Source of the DNA: Bifidobacterium breve
Lineage (GTDB): Bacteria > Actinomycetota > Actinomycetes > S36-B12
NCBI GenBank assembly: GCA_945861775.1
Contig: CAMAVT010000001.1
Location: 1 to 61,442, forward strand
DNA length: 61,442 nt
Direction: 5' to 3'
In this document: positions 44,752 through 53,699 of the stretch, one piece after another
Position numbering within the stretch: position 1 is the stretch's first letter
Layout: every line of letters starts with the position of its first letter
Made by a program: the position numbers and the translations under genes
The notes under the pieces: model-generated
What the model was told of the DNA's origin: nothing
What the model saw: the letters and a program-made list of their open reading frames with translations, nothing else
Databases searched by the model: none

Positions 44752-45462
44752 TTAGTTCTCGATTTCAACCGAGGAAGCGCGTTGAACGGAAAGTTGCACG
44801 TCGTTCCCTGCGGTGCAGGAAAGAATGTGGCCGCCCGCATTCATTGTTGATGTCAGACCGTGAAGGTGAAGCCCGGGTTGGCCAACACCGAGGTAGTCCG
44901 GCCCTTGACGAAAGCCAACGAGCACTGCTTTCTTACCATCCAAAGTGAACTTTGTTTGCTGCGCAAGTACGGTAGCAAAAGTTGGCCACGGCTTTACTTG
45001 CTTGGGAACACTGCGAGTCTCTAATTGGCTGAAAGTTCCGCGAACTCGAACGGCGATAACTCCCTGATCTGTTCCCACGAGCTCATTAATTGCTGGGATC
45101 AGTTGACTGCACTGGGTACCGGGCGGAACTGGACCTGACTTCGTGGGTGTGAAGTTAATTGCTTGAACAAATGGGGTGAGTTCCTTGCCCGTGATTCGTT
45201 CGGGGATTCCCGTCGTGGGAACCCGGTAGGCAACGCCCCCCACCATGACTAGCTCACCATCGAGATTCGCGAATGTTCCCAAGCCCAGAGTGGTGCGGTC
45301 AGTGACTTTTTCCGCTTGTTGCAGGCCGGTGAAGTCCGGTTGCAACAAGTAGTCATAGGTCCCAATTTGATGCACGGTTGAATCATCTGCGGCGGTTGCC
45401 GCCACTTGAGGGAAAATTACAAGGTTGAGCGCAAAGGGAAAAATCAAGAGTGCACGTTTCAT
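44752..45462 (-). CDS. alpha-acetolactate decarboxylase family protein with a signal peptide
   Basis: IHQIGTYDYLLQPDF...LGLGTFANLDGELVMVGGVAYRV matches the ALDC family. N-terminal MKRALLIFPFALNLVIFPQVAATAA looks like a secretion signal. Confidence 0.7.
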   Translation of the reverse strand: MKRALLIFPFALNLVIFPQVAATAADDSTVHQIGTYDYLLQPDFTGLQQAEKVTDRTTLGLGTFANLDGELVMVGGVAYRVPTTGIPERITGKELTPFVQAINFTPTKSGPVPPGTQCSQLIPAINELVGTDQGVIAVRVRGTFSQLETRSVPKQVKPWPTFATVLAQQTKFTLDGKKAVLVGFRQGPDYLGVGQPGLHLHGLTSTMNAGGHILSCTAGNDVQLSVQRASSVEIEN

Positions 45463-45502
45463 ATGGCTAGTTTACGTGCTGCAGCGCAATGCAGGAATAA
45501 AG

Positions 45503-47458
45503 TCAGCCCGACTTGCGTGTCTGCACGTAATCGCTGACAACATAATCACCCAAACGATCTGGATCGGTTGCAAGGACCTTGCCCCCGTTTCGTCGCGCCA
45601 TGGTGTCTAAGAAGCGGGCTAACTGCGGATCTTCACCAAGACGGAACCAGGTTATGGCAACTTTCCGGCGGGTCATTTCATCAACTGCTTGAACCGTTAA
45701 CTGGATTGTCTCTGGATCGGGCGGCCAGTTGAACCACCAATCACCTTGGGCCACAAGGTGTGCTGTTGGTTCTCCATCGGTTACCACCATGACAATGCGT
45801 TGTGATCCTGGGTGCTTGTCTAGAAATCTTCCTGCCAGCATCAGTGCGTGCTGCAGATTAGTTCCGGGGGTTTCACTCGCTTGCAGATCAGGGATATCCA
45901 TCGGGCTCACTACCCGGGCAAGATTCGAGAAACCAATAACCTGAAGGGCATCTAATGGGTACTTCGTTGAAGACAGTGAGTGGAGAGCTAGCGCCATTGT
46001 TTTCGCAGCGCCCCAGGTGTCATTGATCAACATTGAATAGGACTGATCAACCAATAACACGACGGCTGCTTTGGTCAGGTTTTCCGTTTCGGCAACCTCA
46101 AAGTCTTCAGGGTGCAACTTCACGGTGTCACTCGTTGCCAAGCGCCTGAACGAGGAATTTTGAACCGTTCGCACAATGTCGATGACCCCGTCGTCACCAA
46201 AACTCCACTGACGGTGGGTTCCTGTTGCTTCGCCAGATTTACCGCTCTTATGCGTCTCGTGTCCACCACGAGCGGCACTGTCTAAATGTTTGAAGACTTC
46301 ACGCAATGCAGATTCACCAATTCGCCGCACCGCCTTTGCCGAAAGTCGCAAGGAGTCCCCTTCGGAAACGAGGAACCCTTGATCTTGTAAATCTTTTTGG
46401 AGCTGGATCATTGCCTCGGCCTCAGCACGCACCGCCTGACCCATGGTGCGTTCTAAAAGATCTAAATCAATTTCTGATGGATCCCCCATTGCATCTGCAT
46501 CACCTATTTGACCAACAAGGGACTCAAGATCCCCCATTTCGGCCAACGCTTGGGTTGCTTGAGGTAAACCCTGCGATCCGTCACCATTAAGTGGTGTCCC
46601 CTTGCGACGAGAAAATTCCGGTCGCAAAGCTTTTAGGTGATCTTGCAACTCGGCCATTTCGCCCTGCACGCCCATGTCTGCCATTGCCGCCTGCATAGCC
46701 TCGGCGAGTTCGGCCCTCTGCTCGGGTGACATGGATGCAAGCATCCGATCCATTGCAGCGGATTGGCGCGCAAGGTCATCAATGAATTGATCGAGTGTTT
46801 CCGGGGCATCGGGGAAAAAATCTTTATGTTTCTCGATGAACTCTTTGTAATCGCCCTCGGTAGCGGTTCCATCACGGTGCTTGCTCAACAATTGATTGAG
46901 GTCCTGCATCATTTGCGCCATGGCCGCTTTGCTCTCGGGACTTGACATGTTCTTTAGTGACTCACTCATACCGGCGAATTGTTGATCAATAACATCGCGT
47001 TGCAGGCGGTCCTTCATGTCCTCAAATATTTGCTGGGCGGCGGGTGAGCGCCACTGATAATTCTCCAGCTCAGCCATTGCGCGCGGTATGTCATCAGGTA
47101 ATGCATCCAGGACCGCTTCAGCAAAGCGGGCGTCATCACTGGGGTCAGGAAATAGGGCACCGCGCTCAACCTCAAGTGCCTCGGCCAACATCTCATTGAG
47201 ATCATCGAGCAAACCATTCATTGAAGCCGACTCACGTACTTTGTTGTAACGATCTCGGATGTCGCGATACATCTGTTCTAAACCTTGACGACCTTTACTC
47301 CCGGTGCGCATCAAGTCACGTAAGGCTTCTTGCACTGATTGACCGGCGAGGATTCGCTCGCCTATTTCGTCAACACCTTTACCCGTATCAACGAGGGGGG
47401 CAAGCGGATCAGGGCCCCCGGAAAAGGGCCCATAGATAGATGGCTTGCGCCTGCTCAA
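45503..47458 (-). CDS. VWA-domain protein (C-terminal VWA), partner of the upstream AAA+ ATPase
   Basis: VVLLVDQSYSM MIDAS motif. Long helical, acidic N-terminal region. ATGA-type overlap with the ATPase gene. Confidence 0.75.
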   Translation of the reverse strand: MSRRKPSIYGPFSGGPDPLAPLVDTGKGVDEIGERILAGQSVQEALRDLMRTGSKGRQGLEQMYRDIRDRYNKVRESASMNGLLDDLNEMLAEALEVERGALFPDPSDDARFAEAVLDALPDDIPRAMAELENYQWRSPAAQQIFEDMKDRLQRDVIDQQFAGMSESLKNMSSPESKAAMAQMMQDLNQLLSKHRDGTATEGDYKEFIEKHKDFFPDAPETLDQFIDDLARQSAAMDRMLASMSPEQRAELAEAMQAAMADMGVQGEMAELQDHLKALRPEFSRRKGTPLNGDGSQGLPQATQALAEMGDLESLVGQIGDADAMGDPSEIDLDLLERTMGQAVRAEAEAMIQLQKDLQDQGFLVSEGDSLRLSAKAVRRIGESALREVFKHLDSAARGGHETHKSGKSGEATGTHRQWSFGDDGVIDIVRTVQNSSFRRLATSDTVKLHPEDFEVAETENLTKAAVVLLVDQSYSMLINDTWGAAKTMALALHSLSSTKYPLDALQVIGFSNLARVVSPMDIPDLQASETPGTNLQHALMLAGRFLDKHPGSQRIVMVVTDGEPTAHLVAQGDWWFNWPPDPETIQLTVQAVDEMTRRKVAITWFRLGEDPQLARFLDTMARRNGGKVLATDPDRLGDYVVSDYVQTRKSG

Positions 47459-48900
47459 TGCTCTGGAACCTCGGTGACGGAACTGCCGTAAGTACTCGTT
47501 CCATCTTGTTGGTCTTTATCAATTCGACGAGTAAGCCAGAGCCCTTCGGCTGCGAACTCAAGGCACGAAGCAACCAGCCCGGCGGACTCCGCCATCTGCG
47601 CTTCCGTTGCGGTGAGTAGCGGACCAACACCTTCCATAGGACCAATGGCTTCCAAGATAGAGGCGCTGCTCATTAAATCTGAGGTCGCCAGTGTGTTGCC
47701 GGCGTCAAACCAGTCAACAAGATTGGTAAGAAATACCCGAGTGCTCTGTCCGCCGAGGAGTGCTCGCCAAGACGCCGCAGTTGCTTGTCGGGCCAGCAGG
47801 GTGAGGATCTCCACTTCGGAGCCTTCTTGAGAAACCTCGAACTCAACCTTGCCCCGAAGGGATGCGACAACGTCTTCTAAATCACCGATTCGCACAACCG
47901 GCTCACTGTCACCATTGATTGCGGCCCGGCGCAGCGCGGCACCCGATAGTTCCTCCACGCAAGCGATCGAAAACCGTGCGGAGACGCCACTGCGCTGATC
48001 CACATAACTTGACTCCCGCACCAAAGAAGTGAATCGTGCAACAACATCAAGCATGTGTTGGGGAATCACCGCTTGAATTGCAGCTTCTTGTTTGATCAGT
48101 TCAATCTCAAGTTGAAGGTCGAGCGGGTAGTGGGTGCGGATCTCAGCACCAAAGCGGTCTTTGAGCGGAGTAATAATGCGACCGCGATTGGTGTAATCCT
48201 CCGGGTTAGCACTGGCCACCACCAACATGTCCAGGGGTAACCGCAAGTTATAACCGCGAACCTGGATATCTCGTTCCTCGAGAATGTTCAGCAGCGCGAC
48301 CTGAATTCTTTCGACAAGATCAGGTAGTTCGTTGATAGCAAAGATTCCGCGATTCGTGCGCGGGATTAAGCCATAGTGAATCGTCTCGGGGTCTCCCAAA
48401 GAACGACCTTCAGCGACTTTAATCGGGTCAATGTCACCGATCAGATCTCCAACAGATGTGTCGGGGGTAGCTAGTTTTTCACCGTAGCGCTCACTGCGGT
48501 GTCGCCAACTAATGGGAAGTTGATCCCCCAGTTCACTGGCAAGTGCAATGCAGGCAACACAGATGGGCGCTGTTGGTTCATCACTGATCTGACAACCCGT
48601 TACGTGGGGGCTCCACTCATCCAACAAGTTAATGAGCGAGCGAATCAAACGGGTCTTTCCTTGGCCGCGCTCACCCAGTAAGACAAAATCGTGACCGGCT
48701 AGCAACGCCCGTTCAACCGCGGGACCTACCGTCTCTTCGAACCCAACGATCCCCGGCAAAGTCACCGACGCTGAGCGCAACTTTTCCAATAAATTCTCTT
48801 GTATTTCAACTTTTACCGATCGCGCACGGTAGCCGCTGGCAACCAGCGCTCCAAGAGTCGTTGGCAAATCAGCGGGGCTTATCAGTGCAGGTTTTCCCAT
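47455..48900 (-). CDS. AAA+ ATPase of the Mg-chelatase (BchI/ChlI)-like family
   Basis: Walker A LLGERGQGKT, Walker B IFAINELPDL, VVASANPEDY. Confidence 0.75.
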   Translation of the reverse strand: MGKPALISPADLPTTLGALVASGYRARSVKVEIQENLLEKLRSASVTLPGIVGFEETVGPAVERALLAGHDFVLLGERGQGKTRLIRSLINLLDEWSPHVTGCQISDEPTAPICVACIALASELGDQLPISWRHRSERYGEKLATPDTSVGDLIGDIDPIKVAEGRSLGDPETIHYGLIPRTNRGIFAINELPDLVERIQVALLNILEERDIQVRGYNLRLPLDMLVVASANPEDYTNRGRIITPLKDRFGAEIRTHYPLDLQLEIELIKQEAAIQAVIPQHMLDVVARFTSLVRESSYVDQRSGVSARFSIACVEELSGAALRRAAINGDSEPVVRIGDLEDVVASLRGKVEFEVSQEGSEVEILTLLARQATAASWRALLGGQSTRVFLTNLVDWFDAGNTLATSDLMSSASILEAIGPMEGVGPLLTATEAQMAESAGLVASCLEFAAEGLWLTRRIDKDQQDGTSTYGSSVTEVPEH

Positions 48901-49016
48901 TTTTCAACGATAGATGACGCCGGTTCCTACCGCAACCGCTGAATTGCACCCAGAAGCGATTTCACCGATGAAAACCAAGCGCCCATGGGGCATAAAACCC
49001 AACAGCCATTCGGTAA

Positions 49017-49400
49017 CTACTTGACTTCGACGATCTCCAAAATGTGATCAAGGTGTTTAACATCTTTAATGTTTGCAGTTACAAGTCGAGCGCCATGCGC
49101 ATGCGCCGTTGCCGCAATCATGAGGTCAAGACTGCGTGCACTTGATTTCCTTTTCACCCGGTGAGTGGCCGCCGCGATTTCGGCATAACTTGCAGCAACT
49201 GACGAATCCACTGGAAGTGGCTCGAAGATTCGATTGATTGCGCTCAACCGGGCTAGTCGGTGGGCGCGTTGAGGTTCACTTGGGGCAATCAGCACTCCGA
49301 ATTGAAGTTCTGCAATCGACACAACACTGATGGTGAATTCGCCTTCAAGTCGATCAAGTGTTGAGCCGATTAGTACGCTCGTGTCCAATACCGATTGCAT
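49017..49400 (-). CDS. vapC: VapC PIN-domain toxin
   Basis: MQSVLDTSVLIG... Start set to the ATG at 49400, which overlaps the antitoxin stop (ATGA). The track's longer form starts at TTG 49412. Confidence 0.8.
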   Translation of the reverse strand: MQSVLDTSVLIGSTLDRLEGEFTISVVSIAELQFGVLIAPSEPQRAHRLARLSAINRIFEPLPVDSSVAASYAEIAAATHRVKRKSSARSLDLMIAATAHAHGARLVTANIKDVKHLDHILEIVEVK

Positions 49401-49648
49401 CAACGATCCCAAGGATCTGAAATTTCCTCAACCCCAAATGCGCGACGCTGGGCGTCCCATTTCGCATCAGTTGGACTACTGAAGATCAAACTTGCGCGTT
49501 CCCATGAAACCCAATTATCCCCAAAAAGTGGCGTAATTTTTGCAACAGGCCGACCCGCTACTGTGACCGTCACCGTCTCACCGGCTTCCACCTCACGCAA
49601 GACTTCGCTGGCATTTTGGCGCAATTCCCGCACCCCAATCGTTGACAT
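49400..49648 (-). CDS. Phd/YefM-family antitoxin
   Basis: MSTIGVRELRQNASEVLREVEAGETVTVTVAGRPVAKITP is the family-typical N-terminus. Confidence 0.8.
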   Translation of the reverse strand: MSTIGVRELRQNASEVLREVEAGETVTVTVAGRPVAKITPLFGDNWVSWERASLIFSSPTDAKWDAQRRAFGVEEISDPWDR

Positions 49649-49750
49649 GGCCTCAGAGTAGCACTTGTGCTACTTCGTTGCATTTACATACCTAACCCGA
49701 CCCAATCTAATAAAAGGTCAGTCAGTATTTATAGAAGCAAATAATCCGCT

Positions 49751-50647
49751 GTGGACAACAGCCAACTGCCGTCCGAACCTGACATGTCTCACTCTCGCAA
49801 CTACAGTCACCTCATGCACCCACGATCACTCAGCTTTGCAGGCACGACTGTCGCCCTATTCACCTTGACCGTCCTCACCACCTCCGCTTCTGCAGTTGAC
49901 GCTCCCGTTTCCCCCAGCACCTGGAATGCCTACGCATCTGCGATAACGGACTCGGCGGTGAGTCGCCCCGGCGAAGTAGTGAACGATCTTCTACTTCCGG
50001 ATCCCTCCGATCCCCGAACCCAATGGCGTGAGTTCAACGGGGTTCCCTACCTATTGGTCCAGCGGCTCTCGTGGCGCGCAGCCACAACCGTTGCTCCCGG
50101 TGAAATGTTCACTCTCTCAAGCAATGCCTTCGTGACCGTCCCCGAGGAAGTTGACGAAGTGTGCGCTGAATACAAGTGCACCCAACTCAACGAATCCAAA
50201 CTCATTTTGCAACTCGCCCAAGTCCTTGGCCTTCCACCGGATGCCGACTACAACGTTATTTCCCGGTTCTGGGTTAAGCCCAGCGATCTGATCCGCCCCT
50301 GCACTAATGTCGACATCACAGTGACCTCGTGCCCTCAAAGCGTTGTCAATACCGTGAGTCAGGCAGGGGACTGGAGTTCTTTCCTGTTCAATCAAGCCAT
50401 GGATTCCTGGCGCACCCAACGCGCCGGCACCCAGCAGCGCATTTCGTGCGCGCACGACTTTGAAAACAAAAACGAAGGCAATTGTTTCGGATATCCCTGG
50501 ACCCGCTTGGGCTACACATTCGACTGGACACCCACCGCGAAAGATGACCGCGGAGTTACCGAGTTTGTCGTTGCCGAAGGCAGTCAAGCCGTCTTTGAAT
50601 CCTTCGGCACCGCCCGCACTTACTATCCTTATTCACGAAAGTCCTAA
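49751..50647 (+). CDS. secreted hypothetical protein (likely start ATG 49784)
   Basis: Hydrophobic signal-like segment AGTTVALFTLTVLTTSASA. Several Cys. No family recognised. Confidence 0.5.
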   Translation: MDNSQLPSEPDMSHSRNYSHLMHPRSLSFAGTTVALFTLTVLTTSASAVDAPVSPSTWNAYASAITDSAVSRPGEVVNDLLLPDPSDPRTQWREFNGVPYLLVQRLSWRAATTVAPGEMFTLSSNAFVTVPEEVDEVCAEYKCTQLNESKLILQLAQVLGLPPDADYNVISRFWVKPSDLIRPCTNVDITVTSCPQSVVNTVSQAGDWSSFLFNQAMDSWRTQRAGTQQRISCAHDFENKNEGNCFGYPWTRLGYTFDWTPTAKDDRGVTEFVVAEGSQAVFESFGTARTYYPYSRKS

Positions 50648-50856
50648 AGAGTATTAAACACTTTTAGTTGTCGATAACCGCTGGCATTTTGGCGCAATTC
50701 CCGCACCTCAATCTAATTAAAGTCAGCCAACATTGATGGCGGTAAAACTATGCTGTGGATGGAAATTGGACTTGTAGCGCAGCGTCCTGGGGCCGCGAAT
50801 AAGTCGTCGCTACCAGCGCGAATTGGGTCACCCCGTATGACTCGTATTATTTGGGC

Positions 50857-51069
50857 ATGCCAGAGAAAAAAGTGAGCGGCCCTGCTTCCTACTTTCCCTC
50901 CATTGAGAAAAAGTACGGAAAGCCGATTGACTACTGGATGAAAGAGCTCAAGAAGGTCTCACAATTGGCGCATATGGAACAGGTTGCTCATCTCAAAGAA
51001 AAATTTGAAATGGGCCATGGCCACGCGAACGCCCTCGTTGCCATCTTCCGTAAAGAAAACGGCCTTTAG
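50857..51069 (+). CDS. DUF4287-family small protein
   Basis: PASYFPSIEKKYGKPIDYWM...GHGHANALV matches my memory of DUF4287. Confidence 0.6.
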   Translation: MPEKKVSGPASYFPSIEKKYGKPIDYWMKELKKVSQLAHMEQVAHLKEKFEMGHGHANALVAIFRKENGL

Positions 51070-51087
51070 GTCGAAACTGGAAAAAGG

Positions 51088-51411
51088 CTATCCGTGAAAT
51101 TCTGATTGCTGAAGCATCACGACACCAACGAATACAAGAGCTATGCCCGCAACTTTCAAGGCTGAGAGGGGTTCATTAAACATAATGAGCCCAAGAACTA
51201 CGGTCCCCACCATTCCCACGCCTGTCCATATTGGGTAACCAATACTCAAAGGGAGAGACTTCAGGGCCATCGTGAGAAAGAAGATTCCACCGGCTGCGCC
51301 AAGGATGACCACGATCGAAGGTACGAGCTTGGTGAAACCCTGGGCCTGCTTCATCGCGACGGCAAAAATTACTTCGCATACCGATGCGATAAAAAGCAGG
51401 ACCCAGGGCAC
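51088..51411 (-). CDS. sugE: SMR-family transporter, SugE/Gdx subtype (guanidinium/quaternary-cation exporter)
   Basis: 107 aa, 4 TM. MPWVLLFIASVCEVIFAVAMKQAQGFTKL contains the conserved membrane Glu. Confidence 0.8.
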   Translation of the reverse strand: MPWVLLFIASVCEVIFAVAMKQAQGFTKLVPSIVVILGAAGGIFFLTMALKSLPLSIGYPIWTGVGMVGTVVLGLIMFNEPLSALKVAGIALVFVGVVMLQQSEFHG

Positions 51412-51436
51412 GTTTACATCACCTTTTTCTTATTTG

Positions 51437-52969
51437 TTACTTCTTGTATACGGGAACAGGTATGGCACCCGCACTGCGGGGGTCATCACTTGCGTAGACA
51501 GATGCTGGCTCAGGCCAAACCCGCAACACGATCGGGTACAGAATGCCAGTGACAATTCCCGCAACTGCGAAGCCGATATCTAATCCACCGACCCATGTGG
51601 CTCCAGTACCAACGAACCAAGGGTTAGCGGAAAAGAAAAGGCCAGCGCAAACTGCAATGATCCACACGACCATAGAGCGCCAATTCCAACCATGTGAGAA
51701 CCAGTAGATGCCACCACGCTCACCTCGGTTGAAGACCTGCAAGTCATCAACATTGTAATAGGCCTTGCGGTGGAAATGACCGATGACCACAATGACGATC
51801 CAAGGGAGAGAGAAGACAATCAGTACTAAAAGGAAGTTACCCACACCCGTAATAATCGCATTGTTGAAGTGGCCAATGTACACCAACAGAGTTGCCAAAA
51901 CACACGCTAGCAGGGTCGCTTGCACTCGATTCAACCGCGGAATGATTGCGGATGTATCAAGCCCAACGCCGTAAGTGTTGATGACTGCTTGTGCAGTACC
52001 AGATGCCAGACCCATGTAGATCAAACCTGGAATAAACCACAAAGGCGCCAGATCTACGAGGCCTTGAACATAAGGAACGCTTGCGTCAGCTACACCCGAG
52101 TTAAACACTGCAACTGCGGTGAAAGTGCCCCACATGAAGGGGCCACCCATGCCGAACAGGCCACCAACGAACATAGAACGCAGGATGGAACCATTTGTAT
52201 GGAGTTTGGTGGAAATATGTCGTGTCCAGTCTCCCGCGTAAGCTCCATAGGAGGCAACAGTTGACCCACAAACAAGTGCCGCTGCAAGCCAGGTGGGGAA
52301 TAGCGAACCCATCAAGTATTCGCCACTACCGGCGTAATTGGGGTCGAAATCACCACCGTAAACAAACAGTGCGACGATCATGATCACTCCAGCTGTGGGA
52401 ATCATGACCTTATTGACGGCAACCATGTTGGCGTGACCGAACACGGAAATAATTGTCACGATAATGGCGAGCACCGCGTAACAAATGAGTCGAGCGGTTT
52501 CGACATCTTCCCAACCGGTGTACCTGGTTATTGCACCTGCTAAAGCGTCTCCACCTGTCCAGATACTCAGTGCGGCAAAGGCAAGGCAGGCCGCTGCTTC
52601 CAAGGCTGATCCAATGAGGCGGCCATGAACACCGAGAAAGGCTCCGCTGGAGACCGGATTGTTTGTACCAGATTTTGGTCCCATCAGCCCCATGGGAGCA
52701 AGGAGTGCGGCTCCAAATGCTGAGCCGACAACAACTGCTGAAGCAGCTTGCCACCAACTTAACCCAAACGCAACAGGAAACCAGCCGATCACGATGATGC
52801 TAAACGTCAAACTTCCACCAAACAAAATAATGAAGAGGTTTGATGGTTTTGATTTTCGTTCATCTTCTGGAATGAATTGAACGCCGTACTGTTCAATTTT
52901 TCCAAATGCATCCTTGTGAACCCGCATGTCGTTATGGGGATCCGTTGAAATTATTTCATCTCCACTCAT
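51437..52969 (-). CDS. NCS1-family (purine-cytosine/allantoin-type) permease
   Basis: About 12 TM. Start trimmed to ATG 52969, which is 2 nt after the upstream stop. Confidence 0.75.
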   Translation of the reverse strand: MSGDEIISTDPHNDMRVHKDAFGKIEQYGVQFIPEDERKSKPSNLFIILFGGSLTFSIIVIGWFPVAFGLSWWQAASAVVVGSAFGAALLAPMGLMGPKSGTNNPVSSGAFLGVHGRLIGSALEAAACLAFAALSIWTGGDALAGAITRYTGWEDVETARLICYAVLAIIVTIISVFGHANMVAVNKVMIPTAGVIMIVALFVYGGDFDPNYAGSGEYLMGSLFPTWLAAALVCGSTVASYGAYAGDWTRHISTKLHTNGSILRSMFVGGLFGMGGPFMWGTFTAVAVFNSGVADASVPYVQGLVDLAPLWFIPGLIYMGLASGTAQAVINTYGVGLDTSAIIPRLNRVQATLLACVLATLLVYIGHFNNAIITGVGNFLLVLIVFSLPWIVIVVIGHFHRKAYYNVDDLQVFNRGERGGIYWFSHGWNWRSMVVWIIAVCAGLFFSANPWFVGTGATWVGGLDIGFAVAGIVTGILYPIVLRVWPEPASVYASDDPRSAGAIPVPVYKK

Positions 52970-52971
52970 AG

Positions 52972-53673
52972 TTACACCTTTATTCCATTTCTTCCGTGAA
53001 CGAGCCATCTGAAGAAGTTGAGATGTTCGCTCTGTGTGTTTGCCATATATTCCGGGTGCCACTGGACTCCTACCCACTCATCCAGTTCAATCGCTTCCGT
53101 TATTCCATCCTCCGACCAAGCAACTTTGCGGAAAGCATTAGGCAAATTCTGTATCGCCTGATGATGCTCGGAGTTAACATTTCGCTCCGTACCGAGAATC
53201 TCGGCAACGAGCGAATCCTCTTCAACCACAATTTCGTGCATATGCTGGGCATACCCGAAATCGACAGTATTTGTCATGTGGTTGAAGTGACCTTGGGTTG
53301 GCAGATCCTGGATGAGAGATCCACCCGAATGAACTGCCATCAACTGAGCTCCGCGGCATATGCCCAGAACTCTTTTTCTTGTTCGTAATGACCAGTCAAG
53401 TGCGGCAAGTTCAAAATCATCTCGACCTCGATCGACACTGTGAAGGCTGGTTGTTGCCTTAGCTGAATAGTGGTGGGGATCAATATCCCCACCACCAGTG
53501 AGGAGAAGGCCCTGAACATCGCCTAAGTAGTCATCAATGTTGCGAGCTTCACCGGGCATAGCAGGAATCACTACTGGAATACCACCAGCGTCAATAACCG
53601 ATTGGACGTAGGGCTCGAGAAGGTTAACCGTTCCCTTGCCCGTCCGTCCAGCGATTACGGCGATTCTGTCCAT
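52972..53673 (-). CDS. gamma-glutamyl-GABA hydrolase-like class I glutamine amidotransferase (peptidase C26, PuuD-like)
   Basis: LLLTGGGDIDP, VLGICRGAQLM (nucleophile Cys), VQWHPE. Confidence 0.8.
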   Translation of the reverse strand: MDRIAVIAGRTGKGTVNLLEPYVQSVIDAGGIPVVIPAMPGEARNIDDYLGDVQGLLLTGGGDIDPHHYSAKATTSLHSVDRGRDDFELAALDWSLRTRKRVLGICRGAQLMAVHSGGSLIQDLPTQGHFNHMTNTVDFGYAQHMHEIVVEEDSLVAEILGTERNVNSEHHQAIQNLPNAFRKVAWSEDGITEAIELDEWVGVQWHPEYMANTQSEHLNFFRWLVHGRNGIKV

Positions 53674-53699
53674 GTCCTGCGGTGCCTTTCTACCGAGAC

